Source: Candidatus Poribacteria bacterium (GTDB lineage: Bacteria; Poribacteria; WGA-4E; WGA-3G). Taken from it: a DNA stretch of 64,000 bases. The notes below the pieces were generated by a model that had not been told where the DNA came from, made no database searches, and saw only the letters and a list, made by a program, of their open reading frames with translations. The translations under genes and the position numbers were made by a program. Each line of letters starts with the position of its first letter. Position 1 is the stretch's first letter. This document shows, piece after piece, positions 52,454 to 62,798 of the stretch. The stretch spans positions 192,001 to 256,000 of the forward strand of contig CAXXUA010000013.1 in assembly GCA_963663765.2 (NCBI GenBank). The letters run 5' to 3'.

Positions 52454-53272
52454 TTAGAATACATCTTCGTTGGGACGTGGGTTGTGTATCCAATGGCCGT
52501 TTGGATCGCTGCCTCTTGCAATAATTGCCCTTTGATTCCAATTGTTTGCAGCGTGTACGTCTGGTGGAACAAATCGCATTGTCAGTCCACATCGTCTTCT
52601 ATTTGAGGTATTCGGTTCTGAACCGTGCAATAGCAGATCAGAATGTAGTGACATCTGTCCTGCTTTCATCTCAAAATGCACGGGTGTCTCACCATACTTT
52701 TCAGGTTCATACACAGATTGACTCAATACGTTCTTTTCCTCAGCAGTACTTCGCTCAAACGCTATTTGCCCGTGCAGGTGTGATTTAGGAATAATAGTCA
52801 TAGCACCATTTTCAACAGAAGTGTCATCAATCGCCAACCACACAGTGACTGTTTTGCTCGGTGAAAGGGGCCAATAAGATGCGTCTTGATGCCAACTGAC
52901 TTGTTTGTCTTCCCCAGGCAGTTTACAGAAATAATGCGTTCCCCAACAGATCAGGTTTTCACCAAGTAGGTCTTGAACATAGTCCAGTATTCTGTCATCT
53001 GTAATAAGGTCGTGAATACCAGCACACCGTGTATGCCAACCGTTAATGGAATAACTGTTTCCACCATCTGCTAAGACTTTTTCCATCAAGCGGTTGAAAT
53101 ACTCACGGTGTTGTGTGATCTCCGACTCAGGAAAGACATCTAACGGACAGATAAAACCTTTTTCGTTAAAGTGCTGAATTTGGGTTTGTGTTAATGTTGA
53201 TGGTTTTGCGTTGTCAACGGGAAAGAATTGTAGTTTACGTTTGAGGTCAGGTAGTGCATCAGTGATTGGCAT
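52454..53272 (-). CDS. Phytanoyl-CoA dioxygenase (PhyH) family protein
   Basis: WHQD, VWLAIDD...NG, IPKSH, HGS.PN.S..RR. Confidence 0.9.
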   Translation of the reverse strand: MPITDALPDLKRKLQFFPVDNAKPSTLTQTQIQHFNEKGFICPLDVFPESEITQHREYFNRLMEKVLADGGNSYSINGWHTRCAGIHDLITDDRILDYVQDLLGENLICWGTHYFCKLPGEDKQVSWHQDASYWPLSPSKTVTVWLAIDDTSVENGAMTIIPKSHLHGQIAFERSTAEEKNVLSQSVYEPEKYGETPVHFEMKAGQMSLHSDLLLHGSEPNTSNRRRCGLTMRFVPPDVHAANNWNQRAIIARGSDPNGHWIHNPRPNEDVF

Positions 53273-53358
53273 TTAGAATTCCTTTCTATTCTTTCTATTA
53301 TGTGAGAAAAAAGGGGAGAAAAAAGGACAGAGGTTATTCACTCCTAACAAGACTCATT

Positions 53359-54132
53359 CTAATGATGCCGTTTCGATTTAATAACACCCCATCGTGTAGC
53401 GAGTTTATTTTTAGGTTCTACTGCTGCAAAATCACCATCTTTAATCGTGTTGATCTCTTTTTCAGAAAGGATTCTATTAAACAGGTACACTTCGTCAATA
53501 GTTCCAGTGAAGAATTCCTGTCCTGGATGTCTTGCTCCTACCATAATTGAACCATCAATCTCATCAACCATTGGGTGTTTCTCACCATTACTCGCCTTTT
53601 GTCCATCATGGTAAAGAAGAACTTCAGTATTAACGTCGTAGGTTAAAGCGATATGTACCCAGTCAGTTGGTTGATTATCAGTGGTGATACTTCTTCTTGC
53701 CCAATTAGTTTGATTACGTGCATAGACATAGGTTTTCTGGTCCCCATTGTTAAAAATGACAGCCCATTTTAGATTTCCTGCTGCGACCATATAGTTCCAA
53801 TTTGATGCTTGGGTGTCCCCGCGTTTTACCCAAAAAGCAACAGAGAAACTTTCTCTCAACTGCAAAGTATCAGTAATTGGTATTTTAACGTGTTGTCCCT
53901 TAGTCCCATCAAATTCAAGTGCTTTTCCCCCAAATTGTCCATTAACCCTTGATGGATTTGCTATTAGCTCTCCATCATGTCCATAAGTAGAACTGTCCTT
54001 TGCTTTATCCCCTGATCCTTCCTCAAAAGACAAATATAATACCAAAGAATCATCATCAGGAGCAGCAAATAACGTTGTGTTGACTAAGAACAGAGTCAAT
54101 ATAGCTGCGAAAATCGCAATATTCTTTTTCAC
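53359..54132 (-). CDS. Secreted LamG-like jellyroll protein
   Basis: Signal peptide from GTG 54132 (after GGAGGG); LYLSFEEG.G, ALEFDG, W.HIALTYD, F.GTIDEV; C-terminal AVEPKNKLATRWGVIK. Confidence 0.85.
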   Translation of the reverse strand: MKKNIAIFAAILTLFLVNTTLFAAPDDDSLVLYLSFEEGSGDKAKDSSTYGHDGELIANPSRVNGQFGGKALEFDGTKGQHVKIPITDTLQLRESFSVAFWVKRGDTQASNWNYMVAAGNLKWAVIFNNGDQKTYVYARNQTNWARRSITTDNQPTDWVHIALTYDVNTEVLLYHDGQKASNGEKHPMVDEIDGSIMVGARHPGQEFFTGTIDEVYLFNRILSEKEINTIKDGDFAAVEPKNKLATRWGVIKSKRHH

Positions 54133-54214
54133 CGGATTCCCTCCTATAATTAAGTGTCTATTCATAGGAAACTACTCGTCAGATTTCCCAGAAAATAAAG
54201 GATACATTCCGTAT

Positions 54215-55984
54215 TTAACAAGCACCACATTTCTTACATACTGTGGTATCACAAGATCTTGTCATATAACCTTTTTCGTGTTTGTTGAATTCAAGTTGTA
54301 GGAATTTCGGTTTTACGTTTAGGTCAAGATGATCCCATGGATTTACTTCGTTGAAATCGCGTTGTCTTAATGCGTAAAAGTCTGGTAATAACCCATTTTT
54401 TCTGAATGCGTTATTCCAAGACATTCCGCGTGCGATATCCAATATCACCCTACCAAGTCTTCGGTCACCGCGTGCAAACGCTGCTTCTTGATGTGCCATA
54501 CGAGCACTTGCGGATGATACTTTGATACTTCCGAGACTGTTGATTTCACGTTTTAAATAATCAAGTTTTTTTGCTATCGTTTTTGGGGGTTCCATTGCAA
54601 CCCACTGAAATGGTGTATGTGGTTTTGGAACCATAGGTGAAATAGTAAAACTGATGCGACCAATCTTACCAGTGCGTTTAGCATGTGGTAACAGGATTGT
54701 CCGCATCTCTCTTGCCATTTCAGCAATTGCAGTCACATCTTCTGGAGTCTCGTGGGGAACTCCGATCAGAAAATATAAACGTAGATTTAGGATGTCACGT
54801 TTGAGTGCTTCTTCAAAAACATAATAAAGACGTTCTCGGGGGATTGCTTTATTAACTACCTTTTGAAGTTCTTCAGTAGCTACTTCGGGTGCGATTGTGA
54901 TGGTACCCTGTTCGCTGTCAGCCAGTGCGTCAAGCAATGGGGTCTCAACCGTTTCAGCACGGAGAGAAGCACATGAAATACGGAAACCGTTGTCTACCAA
55001 ACCAGTAGCAATTTCATTTATCTGTGGGTGGTCGGAAATAGATGCCCCGACCAATCCTATTCTATCCGTGATACCTCTTGCTTTTTCTGCAAGTGCAAGT
55101 GTATTCTCAACAGAGCGATGTCTCGGCCATCGACGTGCGTAATCTGCAACACAGAAACGGCACTGTCTGCCACATCCACGAACAATCTCAATTAGATGTG
55201 CATTTGAAAACTCAGTGTTCGGTGTATGAATCTGGGTACAGGTTTGGACATCATCAAGAACTGGTACTGCAGCCGAACGTATTTTCTCTGGATAACCCGG
55301 CTTAGGGGATACCTCTTTTACACTTCCATCAGACTTGTAAGAGACCTTATAGAAACTTGGAACATAGAATCCAGGTTCATTGCCAAGAATTTTCAATAGA
55401 TCATCTTTCGGTGCATTTGACAATTTCCATTCGTGGAATTTATTCATGAGATCGTGGATGATCAGTTCAGCCTCACCTACGACAAAGACATCAATGAAAT
55501 CCGCAATTGGTTCGGGATTATATGAGATGTTAATTCCACCTGCGATGATGAGTGGATCCCAATCTGTACGTTCTTCGGCAATTTCTGGGATGTTGCCTAA
55601 TGCTAATGCTCGTGGGATATTGATATAATCAGATTCAAATGAAACTGAGAAACCGACTACATCAAAAGTATTTAGTGGACTCTGTGTTTCCAAAGAGAAG
55701 AGTGGTAATTTCTTCCTAACGAGTTCCTGAATATATTGAGTCTCTGGAATAAAGACTCGTTCACAAGCAGTATCTTTTCGCGAGTTTAAGGTAGCATGAA
55801 TTACCTGCAAACCTAAACTTGACATCCCAAGTTGATATGTACTTGGATATACAAGTGCAAATTTATTAGGTTTCCTAAAGTGTGTTGAGGTGCGTTCGTT
55901 TTCAAACGAGCTTTTTTCTGAATTTAGTAGTTCATACGTGTGTTCGCGTAAATCCAATATACACCTCTTACCAAAAGCATTCAA
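54215..55984 (-). CDS. B12-binding-like radical SAM protein
   Basis: YP.TY.LGMSSLG, RGCGRQCRFC, PKPHTPFQW, C-terminal CxxxxCxxCGAC; true start may be slightly downstream. Confidence 0.85.
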   Translation of the reverse strand: MNAFGKRCILDLREHTYELLNSEKSSFENERTSTHFRKPNKFALVYPSTYQLGMSSLGLQVIHATLNSRKDTACERVFIPETQYIQELVRKKLPLFSLETQSPLNTFDVVGFSVSFESDYINIPRALALGNIPEIAEERTDWDPLIIAGGINISYNPEPIADFIDVFVVGEAELIIHDLMNKFHEWKLSNAPKDDLLKILGNEPGFYVPSFYKVSYKSDGSVKEVSPKPGYPEKIRSAAVPVLDDVQTCTQIHTPNTEFSNAHLIEIVRGCGRQCRFCVADYARRWPRHRSVENTLALAEKARGITDRIGLVGASISDHPQINEIATGLVDNGFRISCASLRAETVETPLLDALADSEQGTITIAPEVATEELQKVVNKAIPRERLYYVFEEALKRDILNLRLYFLIGVPHETPEDVTAIAEMAREMRTILLPHAKRTGKIGRISFTISPMVPKPHTPFQWVAMEPPKTIAKKLDYLKREINSLGSIKVSSASARMAHQEAAFARGDRRLGRVILDIARGMSWNNAFRKNGLLPDFYALRQRDFNEVNPWDHLDLNVKPKFLQLEFNKHEKGYMTRSCDTTVCKKCGAC

Positions 55985-56029
55985 CCAATAATATCACATA
56001 CTGAATATGCAAGAATACAATATAACTGA

Positions 56030-57373
56030 TTAGTTTCTCCGTTTATCTCTTTTCTGTTGAACGCGAAGGAATGCAGGAATATCCCACTGTTTACCACGGT
56101 TCTGCTCTTGACCTTCCTCATTCTCTTGTTGATTATTCTCTGTTTCTTCTTGTTCAGCTCGTTGTTTGGGATTTGTCGGTCGATTTGAAGGTGTTCGCGG
56201 ATTAGGAGTACTTTGTGTGCCTTCGTTTCTTCTGTTTTGAGACTGACGATCCCAAGATGGTCGTGAAGTACTTGTTGGAGTCCGTGCTTCGGTATTCCTA
56301 ACCCGACTACCTTGTAGCATAGGATTCGGTTGTCCACCTTGAGGAGAATAACTACCAGCTTGTGGGTTATATCTAGTTGCTGTATTGTTCATTACATTTT
56401 CATCAGCAGGTGCATCAAAACCGGTTGCGATCACTGTTACCATCACTTCATCGTTGAGTTCTAATTCATCTCTATAAACTAAACCAAAGATCGGTTGTGC
56501 ATCTTCTGATGCTTCCACTATGACCTTCATGGTTTCATCTAATTCGTGCATTGTAAAATTAGGTGGTGAAGTTATATTGACTATCATACCCACTGCACCA
56601 GCAATACTGGTTTCTTCAAGCAAAGGTGATGAGATCGCTGCCACTGCTGCAGCATGTGCGCGGTTATCTCCTACAGCACTTCCCATACCCATCAATGCAG
56701 TACCAGCATCGCGCATCACTGTTTCTACATCAGCGAAATCAACATTAATTTCCCCAGTTTCTCTAATGATTTCGGAGATACTCTGAACACCATGTAGAAG
56801 AATCCTATCTCCCTCTTTGAATGCTTCAGGAATGGGTAGTTTTCTATCAAAAGTGTCAATCAAACGTTGGTTAGGTACGACTATGACAGAATCCGCACTA
56901 TCACGTAATTCTTTTAGTCCGATTTCTGCTTTTTCTGCGCGATGCCTTCCTTCAAAATCAAAAGGACGAGTTACAACACCAATAGTCAATGCTCCTTTTT
57001 CTTTTGCGAGTGAAGCAACAATTGGGGCTGCACCTGTACCAGTACCTCCCCCCATACCCGCAGCAACAAATACCATGTTTGCAGAATCAACAATACCCTG
57101 CAAACGTTCACGGTCCTCTTCTGCTGCCCGCCTACCGATTTCGGGATCTGCACCCGCACCTAATCCCTTAGTTGTTTGAACACCAATTTGTACCCGTTCG
57201 GCACCATGGCATGAATTGAGTGCTTGTGAGTCAGTGTTTACGGCATAAAACTCTATGTCAGTGAGGGCTGCTTCGATCATACGTCTGACAGCATTACCGC
57301 CTGCTCCACCTACACCGATAACCTTGATTTTTGCACTCGTATTGTTAATCTCTTCTTGTTCAAAATGAATCAT
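56030..57373 (-). CDS. ftsZ: Cell division protein FtsZ
   Basis: GVGGAGGNAV, GMGGGTGTGAAP, INVDFADV; C-terminal DIPAFLR. Confidence 0.98.
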   Translation of the reverse strand: MIHFEQEEINNTSAKIKVIGVGGAGGNAVRRMIEAALTDIEFYAVNTDSQALNSCHGAERVQIGVQTTKGLGAGADPEIGRRAAEEDRERLQGIVDSANMVFVAAGMGGGTGTGAAPIVASLAKEKGALTIGVVTRPFDFEGRHRAEKAEIGLKELRDSADSVIVVPNQRLIDTFDRKLPIPEAFKEGDRILLHGVQSISEIIRETGEINVDFADVETVMRDAGTALMGMGSAVGDNRAHAAAVAAISSPLLEETSIAGAVGMIVNITSPPNFTMHELDETMKVIVEASEDAQPIFGLVYRDELELNDEVMVTVIATGFDAPADENVMNNTATRYNPQAGSYSPQGGQPNPMLQGSRVRNTEARTPTSTSRPSWDRQSQNRRNEGTQSTPNPRTPSNRPTNPKQRAEQEETENNQQENEEGQEQNRGKQWDIPAFLRVQQKRDKRRN

Positions 57374-57847
57374 ATTTAATTTCAGTCACCTTTGAACTAC
57401 ACATCCTTTTGTGCATCACTGCAGTATTACTACAGATTGATTTATCATTAGAATGTTGTTTAACCAACGGCAACCTACTTCCTCCTTTTTCATAAACACT
57501 TCATCCAGTTCCCCACAGTCAAAGTAAAATCTTACACACTGATGGTTTGCCACCCCCTTGTATAATTTCCAATCCTAAAAGCATACCTATATTAGCGTGA
57601 TTGTATTACATTTTGTAATCACTTTAACAATAAAATATATAATACTGTGTATTTTCGTGATTTGTATGTATTTCTTTTTTCATGAAGTTAATTGTAAGGT
57701 AATGCCATTAACTTGTAAAATTACACAATTTATTATACATTTAAAACATAATTAAATCAATATTAAGAATAAACATTCGCACAAATATTGTGCTTCTTCA
57801 GCAATTTCTGTTCTTAACAATAGGACGATCACCTTAGTATCTATATA

Positions 57848-59083
57848 TTAATATCCGAACCATTCCTTTATACGCCGAAAGAAACCTCCCATAAAACTTG
57901 AACTACGTCTAAGTGCTTGTTTCTGTTTTTCTTCACGTCGCAAAGTTTCACCATACATTGCCAAACCAAGACTTGTGGCATACATAGGATAATTTACACG
58001 GTCTGATAGACCCTTTAATTCCATTGGATATCCGACCTGTACACGAAGTTCTAATACTTGCTCAGCCAATTCTGTTAAACCATCCATGAGTGCAGTACCC
58101 CCTGTCAACACAAGTCCACCTGGCAGTTGCATTTCACCAATTTCCCTAGATATTCCTTCCAAAATCTCAACCATACGGTATTCAATGATCTGAGCAAGTT
58201 CATAACGACTAATAAATTTGGGAGGTGTAGAACCTGTTGTAATTGGTACAGGATTTGTGTCATCTTCTGGCACCCATGCTGTCCATGCACATCCCCGGTG
58301 AAGTTTTATTTCTTCAGCCATCGGTAAAGGAACTTTAAGGTATTGTGCAATATCATTTGTTACATGTTGACCTCCCACAGGTAGTACTACCACATGTTGA
58401 ATCGCATCTTCTTTGTAAATGATGATATCAGTTGTTTGGTCCCCAATATCGGCAAGAGCTACCCCAACTTCGCGTTCATCCCGTTGTAAGACTGCTTTGG
58501 CTGATGCAAGCGGTGTAACTGTGATGGTTTCTACACTTGGGATTTCCGAACTTTCAACACTGTTCAACAAACTCTGAATACCACTTGTGTTTCCAGTGAT
58601 TATATATGCATTTGCCTCTAAACGGGACCCCGACATACCAATTGGTTCTTTGATCCTATTGTCCATGTCAATTACGAAATTTTGCTCAATTACATGAAGA
58701 ATATCTTGTCCATCAGGGATCGCAGCAATTGTTCGAGCAGAATGTACAGCACGATCTACATCATCCTTAGTAATCTGTGATGGGTTCTTTACGGTTACAA
58801 CGCCGCGGGAAGTTTGTCCAAGTATATGTTCACCCGTAATACCCAAGCATACTACCTCAATGTTGATACCTGCCATGAGTTCCGCTTCTGTTATCGCTTC
58901 TCGAATTGCTTCTGCTGTCAGATTGATGTCAACCACTACTCCCCTACGCAAGCCTTTTGAACTTGCAGAGCCAACACCGATAATTTCCATCTGCCCATCT
59001 AAACTTGGAAGTGTATGACACACAACCGCAGAAATTTTACTTGAACCGATGTCTAATCCGGTGATTATGGTTCCTTTTGCCAT
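57848..59083 (-). CDS. ftsA: Cell division protein FtsA
   Basis: GLDIGSSK, SKGLRRG.VVDI, VGGQHVTNDIA, LTGGTA; amphipathic C-terminus. Confidence 0.95.
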   Translation of the reverse strand: MAKGTIITGLDIGSSKISAVVCHTLPSLDGQMEIIGVGSASSKGLRRGVVVDINLTAEAIREAITEAELMAGINIEVVCLGITGEHILGQTSRGVVTVKNPSQITKDDVDRAVHSARTIAAIPDGQDILHVIEQNFVIDMDNRIKEPIGMSGSRLEANAYIITGNTSGIQSLLNSVESSEIPSVETITVTPLASAKAVLQRDEREVGVALADIGDQTTDIIIYKEDAIQHVVVLPVGGQHVTNDIAQYLKVPLPMAEEIKLHRGCAWTAWVPEDDTNPVPITTGSTPPKFISRYELAQIIEYRMVEILEGISREIGEMQLPGGLVLTGGTALMDGLTELAEQVLELRVQVGYPMELKGLSDRVNYPMYATSLGLAMYGETLRREEKQKQALRRSSSFMGGFFRRIKEWFGY

Positions 59084-60028
59084 TTAATTACTGTCCCCTC
59101 CTAAATAAAGTGTATCTTCATATCGCGCATCTATGTATTTATGTTTTTTAGGTGTTGTTGTTTTTTGTGTACCTTCATGTGGCTCTATGGATTCTGATGG
59201 TACTGACATGGTATTTTGCTGGATTCGGTGAGATTGTTGTCTAACAAACAAACCAATATGTCGGATTCCAGTTTTGATAGAATCAGCAGCGATCCAAATT
59301 GGGATGGGCATGTTATCAAAATGTAATATAATTTTTTGGAATTTGCGTGCATCAATTTTCCGAAGATCTTTTGCCAGTTTCGGTTCTTTAGATCTAACAT
59401 GCTTTAGAATTTCTATTCCTGTTTGTGTAGCAGAGGTACTCATCTGTTTGCCAATTTTAGGTAAATTTTCTCCTTCATCTACGATAAAAATCGTCTGATT
59501 GAATTGTGTAGGTATTATAGATTCTAACACATATCCCTTATCATCTATCAAGTAAAAATGTCTTTTATCGTCTGGTTTTTTATAAGAACTCTGCTTTTTT
59601 TTCATTTCTGAGGTATCCAATAATAAGAAATTTAGTCTTGCGTAAACTTTTCTTTCTGTTACTTCAATGGTAAGTTGACGTTTTGCTAAATTCTTGGTTA
59701 CCTCAACGTTTTTTAAATAACTCAGATTTTCTTTTAAGTATATCGCTGTTTGATATTCTGAATCTATGACGATATTGTCTAAATTATCACCAAGAACATC
59801 ATATATCTGTCCTTCAGTATAATGCAAATTTCCAAAAAGTGCAAATGATACATTTTCTATATTAAAGAATCCCAATATAATTTTACCAATAAACAACACG
59901 GTAATCAATAACATTCCTATAATGACTATTCGTCTGGCTCGGAAAGTAGATGTACGAACATGTTTGGGTTGAAATATTCTATGATTTGGTTCCCAATTTT
60001 TTACTTTTGTTTTCTTTAGAAATCTCAT
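59084..60028 (-). CDS. ftsQ: FtsQ/DivIB-like cell division protein
   Basis: Basic N-terminus, single TM, POTRA-like region (GN.H..., I.VTER), C-terminal YIDARY; lies between murC and ftsA. Confidence 0.75.
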   Translation of the reverse strand: MRFLKKTKVKNWEPNHRIFQPKHVRTSTFRARRIVIIGMLLITVLFIGKIILGFFNIENVSFALFGNLHYTEGQIYDVLGDNLDNIVIDSEYQTAIYLKENLSYLKNVEVTKNLAKRQLTIEVTERKVYARLNFLLLDTSEMKKKQSSYKKPDDKRHFYLIDDKGYVLESIIPTQFNQTIFIVDEGENLPKIGKQMSTSATQTGIEILKHVRSKEPKLAKDLRKIDARKFQKIILHFDNMPIPIWIAADSIKTGIRHIGLFVRQQSHRIQQNTMSVPSESIEPHEGTQKTTTPKKHKYIDARYEDTLYLGGDSN

Positions 60029-60034
60029 AGTCTT

Positions 60035-61405
60035 TTAACCCAGATCCGTTGCACGTCTACTCAAAAAATCATGACCGACATTTACAATGTCTCCTGCCCC
60101 AAGTGTGATTACCAAGTCATTGGGTTGTGTAATTTCCATGAGACGTTCAACAACATCTGTCATGTGAGAAACATACATTACATTAGTATGTCCATGTGCT
60201 TTAATTGCCTTTGCTAAGTTTTCTCCTGTCACGTTTTCTATAGGTTTTTCACCTGCTCCAAATATTGACGTAACTATCAAAACATCTGCTTGATAGAATG
60301 AACGAGAAAATTCATCTGTGAGGTCACGCACGCGAGCATATCTATGCGGTTGAAAAACTGCAACAATACGTCGGTTATAACCTTCCCGGGCACCACGTAA
60401 AGCCGCTGTTAATTTTGCAGGATTGTGTGCATAGTCGTCAACAACCACTATATCATCTACCGTTCCTAATACTTCAAATCGCCGATGAACACCCTGAAAT
60501 GATTCTAGTGCATGCTGAATTTGGTCAAACGCAATATCCAATTCAAATCCTACTGCTATTGCTGCTAATGAATTTGATATATTATGTCGTCCAGGCATTT
60601 TCAGATGAACTATACCACATTCTTCACCATAGTAACGGACCCGATAATGAGAGGAAGGACCATCAATTACTATTTCCTCAGCAATCAGGTCAGCGCGTGT
60701 ATCAAGACCATAGGTCGTGAATTTCTTTTTTACCTTTGGGATAAGTTTCTGAATATTCTCTTGATCAAGACACAAAACAGCTCCGCCATAAAACGGTACT
60801 TTGTTGATAAATGTTAGAAACGTTTCTCCGATTTCTTCAATGTTGTTGTAATAGTCAAGATGATCCGCATCGACAGAAGTAACTACAGCAATAGTGGGAT
60901 AAATCATTTTGATTGAACCATAAGCCTCATCTGCCTCAATTACCATTACATCTCCATGTCCACTTCGTGCATTACTTCCATCAACCAACTTCCCACCAAC
61001 TACTACCGTTGGATCAAGTGAAGCTAATACAGCAGATGTCATAGCTGTAGTTGTAGTTTTGCCATGTGTACCACTGACAGCAATACTATATCGCATCCGA
61101 GTAATTTCATTCAACATCTCTGCTCCCATTATTATCGGGATTTTCGATAGCATCGCAGCTTGTAGTTCTGGGTTGTTATCTGGAATAGCAGGTGATCTGA
61201 CGACTACATCCGCACCATCAATATACGACGAGTCATGACCATACCAAATTTTAGCACCACATGATTTCAAATGTTCTGTGGTTACAGACTTCTTTATATC
61301 TGAACCTGATACTAGAAAGTCAAAGTCAAGAAGCACTTCCGCAATGCCACTTAAACCTGCTCCGCCTATACCAATGATATGAATATTTTGGGTTTTACCA
61401 AACAA
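60035..61405 (-). CDS. murC: UDP-N-acetylmuramate--L-alanine ligase
   Basis: IGIGGAG.SG, GTHGKTTTT, EADE, DHLDYY, DDYAH, FQPHRY. Confidence 0.95.
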   Translation of the reverse strand: MFGKTQNIHIIGIGGAGLSGIAEVLLDFDFLVSGSDIKKSVTTEHLKSCGAKIWYGHDSSYIDGADVVVRSPAIPDNNPELQAAMLSKIPIIMGAEMLNEITRMRYSIAVSGTHGKTTTTAMTSAVLASLDPTVVVGGKLVDGSNARSGHGDVMVIEADEAYGSIKMIYPTIAVVTSVDADHLDYYNNIEEIGETFLTFINKVPFYGGAVLCLDQENIQKLIPKVKKKFTTYGLDTRADLIAEEIVIDGPSSHYRVRYYGEECGIVHLKMPGRHNISNSLAAIAVGFELDIAFDQIQHALESFQGVHRRFEVLGTVDDIVVVDDYAHNPAKLTAALRGAREGYNRRIVAVFQPHRYARVRDLTDEFSRSFYQADVLIVTSIFGAGEKPIENVTGENLAKAIKAHGHTNVMYVSHMTDVVERLMEITQPNDLVITLGAGDIVNVGHDFLSRRATDLG

Positions 61406-61468
61406 CGTAAATCTCCATCCTAAAGCTAAAATTCAATCTTTTCTAACGAAAGATAGTGATATTAGAGT

Positions 61469-62698
61469 TTACTTCACTAATGTAAGTTCATAAATTGACT
61501 TAGCGATCATATCACCTGCAAATGGACGACCCAAACTTAAACTTGAAGAACGCATTTCTTGAAATGTTTCTGTGTCTGTGATGATACGAAAAAACTCATT
61601 GACAAGTACATCGTGTTTTAACGTATCCTGTTCAAGCATTGTCGCTGCACCAGCATTTACAACCGTCTCGGCATTCTGTACTTGATTGTTTCCAATTGCA
61701 GCAGGCAATGGTATAAAAATTGCGGGAATACCACATGCGGTGACTTCAGATACTGTCATACCTCCAGCTCTACATATCATCAAGTCTGCAATACAATATA
61801 CCTCTTCTACCTGATTAAAGAAGGGACGAGTATGATGTGGAATTCCGTGTTTTGAATAAGCTTCCTTAACATCCTCTACATCTGATTCTCCGGTCTGATG
61901 TACTATTTGTATTTGTTTTGTCTTTGCACCAATAATAGACATAAAATGCCCATTATCCTTGTTTTGTTGAATATTTTTTACACGTTCTGCTATTAATGGA
62001 GACGCATTAATCATTGCTGAGTTTATCGCACGCGCTCCTTGACTGCCTCCCATGACAAAGACAGTTGTCAGATTAGGATCTAAACTATACTTGCTATATA
62101 TTTCATCTGTACGTGAACATTCTGTAATTTCTGGACGTATTGGATTACCAGTTATCTGTATAATGTTTTCAGGAAACCTGTGAGTTTTAGGTGGTAAAGC
62201 AAGGAATGCTGCCTTAGCAAAACAAGAGAGAATACTGTTCGTCAAACCAGGTGTTACATTCTGTTCCTGAATGGTTATCGGGATATCCAGTAACCATCCA
62301 GCAAATAGAACTGGTCCGGAAACGTATCCTCCAGTACCAATGACAACTTCTGGTTTGAATCGTTTTAAATGCTTAATTGACTGCAATAATCCTTTAATGA
62401 CCTTGATTATTACCGGAATCCACTTCAAAGTAAAACTACGTGGAAATCCTTCCACTTTAATGGGTAAAAACTGGTAACCTTGTTGTGGTACAAGGGTTGA
62501 TTCTAATCGGTCATCCCCTCCAATAAACACAAGGTCTACTTCTGGATTTAGTCGTTGAAGGGCTTGTGCGATACCGATCGCAGGATATATATGACCACCT
62601 GTACCACCCCCTGCAAGGACAATTCTATTCACGTACTTTTTACCCTCAAAATTATCTTTATCGTTTTCTTGTCTAAGTTGTTTTTCTATTATAGTCAC
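61469..62698 (-). CDS. murG: Lipid II N-acetylglucosaminyltransferase
   Basis: GGGTGGHIYP, GGYVSGP, EQN, GNPIR, GGSQGA, RAGG.T, Q..NA. Confidence 0.95.
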   Translation of the reverse strand: MTIIEKQLRQENDKDNFEGKKYVNRIVLAGGGTGGHIYPAIGIAQALQRLNPEVDLVFIGGDDRLESTLVPQQGYQFLPIKVEGFPRSFTLKWIPVIIKVIKGLLQSIKHLKRFKPEVVIGTGGYVSGPVLFAGWLLDIPITIQEQNVTPGLTNSILSCFAKAAFLALPPKTHRFPENIIQITGNPIRPEITECSRTDEIYSKYSLDPNLTTVFVMGGSQGARAINSAMINASPLIAERVKNIQQNKDNGHFMSIIGAKTKQIQIVHQTGESDVEDVKEAYSKHGIPHHTRPFFNQVEEVYCIADLMICRAGGMTVSEVTACGIPAIFIPLPAAIGNNQVQNAETVVNAGAATMLEQDTLKHDVLVNEFFRIITDTETFQEMRSSSLSLGRPFAGDMIAKSIYELTLVK

Positions 62699-62798
62699 TT
62701 CTACATTTTAGTAGTTTGTATAGTTGGTTGACTTTTTTACAAAAACACTCTTATTTATTTCCCAGTTCTTTTAATACACTCTTATTGCCTATATTAGC

